A DNA stretch of 43,608 bases, from assembly GCA_044224875.1 (NCBI GenBank), contig JBGAJQ010000052.1:1-43608 (forward strand), read 5' to 3'. Each line of letters opens with the position of its first letter. The stretch's first letter is position 1. The stretch is from Gemmatimonadaceae bacterium. GTDB lineage: Bacteria; Gemmatimonadota; Gemmatimonadetes; Gemmatimonadales; Gemmatimonadaceae. Below the pieces are notes generated by a model. That model was not told where the DNA came from. It worked only from the letters and a program-made list of their open reading frames with translations, and ran no database searches. Of the stretch, positions 37,966 through 43,608 are shown piece after piece. Both the position numbers and the translations under genes were made by a program.

Positions 37966-38755
37966 ACATTGTCCGGAAGTGGCTCCCGAGCGTCCTTCAA
38001 GCTGTCCGGCCCTATTACAGTCCCGACGACATTGCGCGGGGCGCACGATGGTCCTCCGAGATCGCGAAGGAGCTTGAGGCATCACGCATCGGCCTCCTCA
38101 TTCTTACGCCGGAGAACCAGGAGGCACCCTGGCTCCTCTTCGAGGCGGGCGCGCTCGCAAAGAACCTTGACGAATCCGAGGTCTGTCCGATCCTCTTTGG
38201 AGGTCTCGAGGCGACGGACGTAAAGGGCCCACTTGTCAGTTTCAGGCTGCGGAACCGGCGCCGACAGTGAGGCGGGTCATCAAGATGATGAATGGTGAAC
38301 TTGGCGACGCTTGGCGCTTGGACGTCTTGGAAACGATATTCGGCGGCCATGGTTTCCTCATCAGCGCCAGGTCTTGGCGGAGCACGAGGATGAGGAAGAG
38401 GAAATTGAGCGAACGGATCAGGGAGCTCTTGGAGGAGGTGCTCGGTTTGTCGCGCGCTTTAACGCGGGATAGGGAAAGGTCTACTGACTTCGAAGCCATC
38501 CGGCGTACGAGGATCTCTTCATGACGCTCGGACAGCTAGTGCGCCTCGCTGCAGAACGAAACTCCGACGAAGAGATGATGAGCGCCATCGGGAAGCAGGA
38601 CCCCAGTTGAGTACTTCGCGATGAGGTCACCGGGGCGCAAGTATCGCTCGCGTGCATTGCGCCATCTGATGATGGTCACCGGAGGATATTCTGATGGAAG
38701 GAAAGGAAGCTCGTCCCTGCCTCGGCCACCGACGACGAGTGTGGGTGCAGCATAA
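37966..38755 (+). pseudogene. TIR-domain protein cassette, 5'-truncated and frameshifted
   Basis: WLPSVLQAVRPYYSPDDIARGARWSSEIAKELEAS..GLLILTPEN..APWLLFEAGAL...DVKGPL; later ELLEEVLGLSR; a TAA lies in the attC left end. Confidence 0.75.
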
Positions 38756-38843
38756 CAAAGCGTTGCAGCAGACGGCGAGCGCTGTGGAAGCGGCTTCGCC
38801 GCTTTGGTTGTAAGCTCGCCGCAGCTGAACGCAAGCGTTAGGC
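38750..38843 (+). other. attC site
   Basis: GCATAAC-AAAGC-GTTGCAGC...GCTGAAC-GCAAGC-GTTAGGC: R and L boxes with an extrahelical G and an inner stem. Confidence 0.9.
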
Positions 38844-39124
38844 TGCGCAAACGAATGGGAGCCTTTGTTTTGGAGGAACAGCGGTGCGGCCTCGCCAGGC
38901 GGCGCGCGACGGTCGGTGTGGCGGGCGCGTGGTGGGTCTCGCAGGAGCGGCCGTCCGGGAATCGGGGCGAGGCGCGCCTGGCTGCGGCGTGGCGACGTGG
39001 ATGTGGGTCGCTGGCGTGAAGTTCGGACTTGCCCGGAAAGGCTGGTGGCGTCCCAGTTTGGTAGGGGGCTGGCGCAGGCAGTCTGGTGCGAGGGCGAGCG
39101 TGGCGACGAGCGCCAGCCCTCGCA
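38838..39124 (+). repeat. ORF-less cassette copy 2
   Basis: Homologous to copies 3-5; no start codon/RBS or frame conserved across copies. Confidence 0.85.
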
Positions 39125-39231
39125 CCCTAACGAAGTTTTGGAGCAGGCAGCAGGGTAGGGAAGGCCGCTGTGCACTGCGGCACAGCGGCCAGCTATGGAA
39201 CTGCTCCGCAGCTCAAAACTGGTCGTTAGGC
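39125..39231 (+). other. attC site (ORF-less cassette family)
   Basis: CCCTAAC-GAAGT-TTTGGAGC...GGCCGCTGTGC/GCACAGCGGCC...GCTCAAA-ACTGGTC-GTTAGGC. Confidence 0.88.
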
Positions 39232-39612
39232 TGCGCAGGCTTCCGTGAGCGGAAGCTTCTTTGTTCTTGGGGAACAGCGGTGCGGCATCGCCAGGCGGCG
39301 CGCGACGGTCGAAATGTGGCGGCCGCGTGGCGGATTTCGCAGGAGCGGCCGTCCGGGAATCGGGGAGCGGCGCGCCTGCCACGACCGGCTGGCGTAGCGA
39401 CGTGGCCGGCGCATCACTGGCGAGAGGTTCCCGACTTGCCCGGAGGCTGGTGGCGTCCCAGTTTGGTAGGGGGCTGGCGCGAGCCGGTCCGGCGCAGGCG
39501 AGTTTCGGCGACGAGCGCCAGCCCACACCCTAACGAGTTTTGGAGCAGGCGCTGCGGGTTTAGGGTGGGCCGCTGTGCACTTCGGCTGCAGCGGCCGATT
39601 ATGGGACGCAGC
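39226..39612 (+). repeat. ORF-less cassette copy 3, with only the left half of its attC (from 39528)
   Basis: CCCTAAC at 39528 and the central hairpin are present; the GCTCAAA..GTTAGGC arm is absent. Confidence 0.8.
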
Positions 39613-39684
39613 TTGGCGACTTCGTCGTTGCTTAACCGACGAGCGCCAGTTGCCGCCGTATGTACATAATACGTACGTTCCGGC

Positions 39685-39983
39685 GTGGACGTCCGATTCG
39701 ACTGGTCGCCGACCAAGGCGCAGCAGAACCTGCGGAAGCACGGCGTGAGTTTCGCCTTTGCGGAGGCGCAGACGGCCTTTGCCGACGACAGGGCATTCTG
39801 CTGCCAGACCCGGAGCATCGGCGGGGGAAGAACGATTCTACCTGCTGGGGCTGAGTGCGCGGCTGCGACTGGTGTTGGTCGTCGTCCCACTGTTATCGGG
39901 AGGCGGAGGAGGTGATCCGCCTCATTTCTGCCGCAAAGCGACTCCCAGAGCGCGCCCAGTATGACGCGCGGTGGATCCCATGA
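39685..39983 (+). CDS. brnT: BrnT family ribonuclease toxin (frameshifted)
   Basis: FDWSPTKAQQNLRKHGVSF..AQTAFAD, then EERFYLLGLS..LRL, IRLIS and RKAT in shifted frames. Confidence 0.8.
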
Positions 39984-40210
39984 AGCAGCCTCTGAACTTT
40001 GCCAAGGGCCGGCGCAACCCGTATGCGGCCAAGCTGAAGCGATCGGTCACCATCCGGTTGAACGCGTTTACCGTGGACTACTTCAAAGGGTTGGCGGAAG
40101 AGACGGAGATTCCGTACCAGACGCTGATCAATCTCTATTTGCGGGAATGCGCGGGCACGGGTCGGCGCCTGGCGATGCAATGGCGACCGAGCAAGCGTGG
40201 GGCGGCATAA
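39980..40210 (+). CDS. brnA: BrnA family antitoxin (RHH)
   Basis: GRRNPYA..LK.SVTIRL...VDYFK.LAEE..IPYQTLINLYLR; ATGA overlap; stop lies inside the attC. Confidence 0.85.
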   Translation: MKQPLNFAKGRRNPYAAKLKRSVTIRLNAFTVDYFKGLAEETEIPYQTLINLYLRECAGTGRRLAMQWRPSKRGAA

Positions 40211-40318
40211 CAGAGCGTTGCAGCAGCCGGCGGGAGCTAGGGAGTGCGCGGCGGGGGCTGCGCTCTCCGCCGCGCAGGTCTTATGATATCCCGCCGCAGC
40301 TGAACATAAACGTTGAGC
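40205..40318 (+). other. attC site
   Basis: GCATAAC-AGAGC-GTTGCAGC...GCTGAAC-ATAAAC-GTTGAGC. Confidence 0.88.
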
Positions 40319-40612
40319 TGCGCAGGCTTCCGTGAGCGGAAGCTTCTTGTGCAGGAACAGCGGTGCGGCATCGCCAGGCGGCGCGCGACGGTCAGTGTGG
40401 CGGCCGCGTGGCGGGTTCGCAGGAGCGGCCGTCCGGGAATCGAGGCGGCGCGCCTGCCGCGACCACGTGTGGCTGTGGCGTGGCGACGACACGGCCCGGC
40501 GCATCACTGGCGAGAGGTTGCCAGGAGGCTGGTGGCGTCCCAGTTTGGTAGGGGGCTGGCGCGAGCCGGTCCGGCGCGAAGGCGAGTTTCGGCGACGAGC
40601 GCCAGCCCCATT
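40313..40612 (+). repeat. ORF-less cassette copy 4
   Basis: Homologous to the other copies. Confidence 0.85.
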
Positions 40613-40715
40613 CTCCAACAGAGCGCCGGAGCAGGCGCTGCGGGTTGGGGTGGGCCGCTGTACGCACAGCGGCCGATTATGGAACCGCCCCGCAGCTCAA
40701 AACTGGTCGTTAGGC
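40613..40715 (+). other. attC site (ORF-less cassette family, degenerate left arm)
   Basis: CTCCAAC...GGAGC...GGCCGCTGT/ACAGCGGCC...GCTCAAAACTGGTC-GTTAGGC. Confidence 0.75.
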
Positions 40716-40854
40716 AGCCAAGGAGGCGACTCCTCAGTTGGACATAGCGGCCGTGTAGTCCCCGCAGCCGACTTTTGCCTATTGCGCCGACCGCGACGCA
40801 GCCCAACCTTGGGGGTGACTTGGCGGTCGCTCCAGATGTCCGAGACGCAAGCTG

Positions 40855-41345
40855 ATGTCACTCACCCCAAAGAACAGGAGCGAACCTCATGCACCTCATT
40901 TGTCGGTCGCAGGCCCGTCGTCTTCCGGCCAGCTCGCCCTTGCCCTCGGCGTCGGGTGCCGCACGCCGACCGCTCCAGAAGACCTCCTCGGAGTCAGCGT
41001 GGTAATGACCACCCGAGTGTCGGCCGATTCCGTTCGGCTGGACTTTGAAGTCGTCAATCGCTCTACGGCGCCAGTAGAACTCTATGGCTGTGGTGGTCCC
41101 TTTGCTTCAGTGCGGATCTACCGGGCTGACGGTAGTGTGGATAGGTCGCAAGAATTCTGCTTTGGCATCATGATCCTCACGACTCAACCGCTGGCTCCGA
41201 GTGCGACGTTCCAGGGAACACGCACGGTGCCCGCAGTGGTCGGCGCGCAGTATCGCCTAGGGATGCGCTTTAGCGCTTTTTCATGACGGCACTGGGGATC
41301 GCCTGAGCTGGGCTCGCCCAGTCACCTGTAACTGGGGCTGCCTAA
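40855..41345 (+). CDS. Cassette-encoded hypothetical lipoprotein, Ig-like (indels at both ends likely)
   Basis: LALALGVGC, VRLDFEVVNRST.PV.L.GC, LAPSATF; cassette ends GTTAGGCAGCC / GGCTGCCTAAC are complementary. Confidence 0.55.
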
Positions 41346-41443
41346 CAATGCTTGCTGCCGACGCCGCAAACTCATATGGTAGGCTGCGCTGTCGTCCGCG
41401 CAGCCATCTATTGGGATGCGGCGCGGCAGGCTCGGCGTTAGGC
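41340..41443 (+). other. attC site
   Basis: GCCTAAC...CTTGCTGC..CGCCGCA...GGCTGCGC/GCGCAGCC...TGCGGCG.GGCAG...GTTAGGC. Confidence 0.82.
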
Positions 41444-41735
41444 TGCGCAGGGCTCCCGAGCGGAGCCTTGAGTTTTGGTGGAACAGCGCGCACCATCGCA
41501 GGCGGCGCGCGACGGTCGGTGTGGCGGGCGCGTGGGGGGTCTCGCAGAGCGGCCGTCCGGGAATCGGGGCGGCGCGCCGCCACGACCGTGTAACAATGGC
41601 GTGGCGACGTGGTCGGTCCTTCACTGGCGTGAGGTTCCTGACGCCCGGAAGGCTGGTGGCGTCCCAGTGCGGTAGGGCTGGCGCGAGCCGGTCCGGCGCG
41701 AAGGCGAGTTTCGGCGACGAGCGCCAGCCCTCGCA
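41438..41735 (+). repeat. ORF-less cassette copy 5
   Basis: Homologous to the other copies; start GTTAGGCTGCGCAGGGCT pairs with end AGCCCTCGCACCCTAAC. Confidence 0.85.
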
Positions 41736-41843
41736 CCCTAACAGAGTTTTGGAGCAGACGTCGCAGGGTAGGGAAGGCCGCTGTGCACTGCGGCACAGCG
41801 GCAGTCTATGGAACTGCTCGCAGCTCAAAACTGGTCGTTAGGC
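41736..41843 (+). other. attC site (ORF-less cassette family)
   Basis: Near-identical to 39125-39231. Confidence 0.88.
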
Positions 41844-41923
41844 GGAACCCCACCTGCAGGTGACCGAGCCAACGGGAGGGGTTTGAACCACGGCCACACG
41901 CCCTGGGATCGGCGTCGGTCGGC

Positions 41924-42580
41924 ATGCTGCTGGCGTTGGTCGGTGGGGCCACGGTGTGGGTGACGTGGCTGACCACGGTGCGGGCGGCGGCGCCCTTGGC
42001 GCAGCTCTTGGTGGCATCACGCCGCCCGTGGGCAGCCTTGATTGGTGTTGGCGGCGTAGTGCTGTGGGCCACGTGGTATGCCCGGCTGGTTTTGTGGTGT
42101 TTCGACGTGGCACCGATCTTTGGCCTCGGGCGATGGGCTGGGCGCTAGGCTTAGAGATGCCTCGTGAGCGCGGCCGACGCTTGGCTGCGATTGCCGCAGG
42201 GTGGATCGGTCGCGCTGCCCTGGGCGCTGGTGTACTACCCGGCACTGGCCGTCGTGGCCGAGATGGTGTTCCACTTGGTGCCGCTGGTCGCCGCGGTGGG
42301 GCTGTCGCGCTGGACCGCGCGGGAGAGGCATGCGCGGCGCTTCCGGCTGCTGGTCGCCGCCGTACCCGAGGCCGCCTTCCAGGTGTGGGCCCTCGTGGCG
42401 AGTGGCGGGGGGAGGTTGATGACCGTTGTGGTGGTGGGCGTGCACGTCTTTGTCTTTGGGGTCCGTAGCCCTGTACCTGTTTGGCGCGGGGATTTCGTGA
42501 CCATGCTGGGGTTCCGGCTCGTGTACTACGGGTCTGGCGCCTGGGGCGGCCTGCGCTCCGGTCCGGCGGTGCTCGGCTAG
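41924..42580 (+). CDS. Cassette-encoded multi-pass membrane protein (frameshifted)
   Basis: Hydrophobic ORFs 41924-42148 and 42164-42580; AEMVFHLVPL, GVHVFVF, FRLVYY. Confidence 0.55.
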
Positions 42581-42605
42581 GGCGGGCTCCCGACGGGGTG
42601 GGTCC

Positions 42606-42739
42606 GCCTAACCACACGCTGCACTTGGCGGACCGGCGCGAGGCTGGCCGCCCCGCGGACCGTGGTAGACTGCCGGGAGGCGGTCCGGGCGGGTCAGCCT
42701 TTGTTTGCCCGGTCCGCAAGTGAGCGTGGAGCGTTAGCC
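42606..42739 (+). other. attC site
   Basis: GCCTAAC-CACAC-GCTGCACTTGGCGGACCGG...CCGGTCCGCAAGTGAGC-GTGGAGC-GTTAGCC; cassette ends GTTAGGCGGA / TCCGCCTAAC are complementary. Confidence 0.88.
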
Positions 42740-42817
42740 AGCCGGCGACCTACCGTTTTGCGCATCGAAACCTCGTATCCGGCGTCATCGTAGGAGTTTC
42801 ACACCGCTTCGCGGAGG

Positions 42818-43130
42818 GTGATGCAAGTCGTCCAAGGGGAGGCTCGAGGGACCGCTACTCGTCAACAACGCGCTGGAGGTCTGTGGCACCGTCGTGGGCC
42901 CGCTTCGAGTCACCTCCACAGGGGTCCTCGTGCTTCGCGGGGTGTGCGAAGGCGATGTCGTGATCGACGCGAATGCGCGCGCGGAAATCTGGGGCATCGT
43001 CCAAGGGAACCTGATCAATCGTGGCGGCGAGGTCTGCATGTTCGGGCTCGTAGAAGGCTACGTACAGCGGACGAGCGGACAGACGGCAGTGTCGGCCGAT
43101 TCGATCGTTCGGAAGGGTTACCGTTCATGA
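42818..43130 (+). CDS. Bactofilin-like beta-helix protein (frameshift near 42850)
   Basis: Repeats GTVVGPLRV, GVCEGDVVI, GIVQGNLIN, GLVEGYV. Confidence 0.5.
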
Positions 43131-43435
43131 GCATCGGCCGTGAGCTGGGTGACCTCGCCATATTTCTCTGCGTAGTCTGCGTTCCGTTGGCGGTGGGCGC
43201 GGTGTTCATTCCGATTGGTCGTGCCCTCGCCGACCGCATCCGAAACGATCGCACGCTTCGCGAGGACTCGGATGCCGTCATTCGCGCGCTGCAGGCGGTG
43301 GATGCACGTCTCTGCGCCATCGAAGAAGCTGCAAGCCGGAATTCGGCGGCGCTGGAAGCTCTAGGTGCGCGCCGAATCCCGGCACTCCCTGTTCAGGGCA
43401 CCTCGACTACGCCTCGACCCACGACGCCCCACTGA
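43127..43435 (+). CDS. Small single-TM coiled-coil protein
   Basis: ATGA overlap; TM segment then PIGRALADR...DARL.AIE...TTPH. Confidence 0.6.
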   Translation: MSIGRELGDLAIFLCVVCVPLAVGAVFIPIGRALADRIRNDRTLREDSDAVIRALQAVDARLCAIEEAASRNSAALEALGARRIPALPVQGTSTTPRPTTPH

Positions 43436-43468
43436 GTGAGCATGATCCCGTGCGATCCAATCGGGGGA

Positions 43469-43608
43469 TGAGCAACCGGGAACATAGGTAACAGGGTAAA
43501 CCGGGAACATGGGTAACACTGCGTTTAGCTGTGTATGATCCCGTCCCGTTCATCGAACTTGCCGAGCAGGACCGTGTTGAAGTAGACCGCCCAGATCCCA
43601 TCGTCGGT
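43469..43608 (-). mobile_element. IS481-family element, right end and transposase C-terminus (runs off the window)
   Basis: Minus strand reads TDDGIWAVYFNTVLLGKFDERDGIIHS* (stop 43525), then two TGTTACCYATGTTCCCGGT repeats ending GCTCA. Confidence 0.8.

Noticed and set aside
37432..38085. Minus-strand ORF as the integron integrase
   Set aside because: No recognisable IntI or tyrosine recombinase motifs; low-complexity translation that crosses attI.
37877..41843. Repeats as group II intron remnants, CRISPR repeats or short Arg-rich ORFs
   Set aside because: No domain V or reverse transcriptase seen; units are ~290 bp and bounded by attC cores; the ORFs differ in frame and start between copies.

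Overview
GC-rich bacterial window; the gene content suggests Gemmatimonadota (inference only). Many genes carry single-base indels, probably long-read assembly errors. Left (1-8.9 kb): M28 peptidase tail, BNR/VPS10-type secreted protein, trans-sulfuration enzyme, an interrupted beta-propeller gene, D-aminoacylase and a SIMPL protein. 9.2-21.6 kb: polymorphic Rhs toxin locus. It has a signal-peptide-bearing 2066-aa YD/Rhs protein ending in an ADP-ribosyltransferase, two coupled small genes, two orphan Rhs toxin/immunity modules (HExxH peptidase; second ART-like toxin) and a third Rhs stub cut off by an XRE-HTH/DUF6036 nucleotidyltransferase pair. 22.8-36.4 kb: hybrid kinase, envelope proteins, ClC channel, two Uma2 genes and a propeller/CxxC/PDZ cluster. 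36.6-43.6 kb: a 21-bp minisatellite, IS256/IS21 debris, then an integron cassette array (attI-like site, 7 complete plus 1 half attC, no intI visible) ending near an IS481 end. The most striking feature is five copies of a ~290-bp ORF-less, extensively base-paired cassette with its own attC family. It alternates with the protein-coding cassettes (TIR domain, BrnT/BrnA, unknown proteins).
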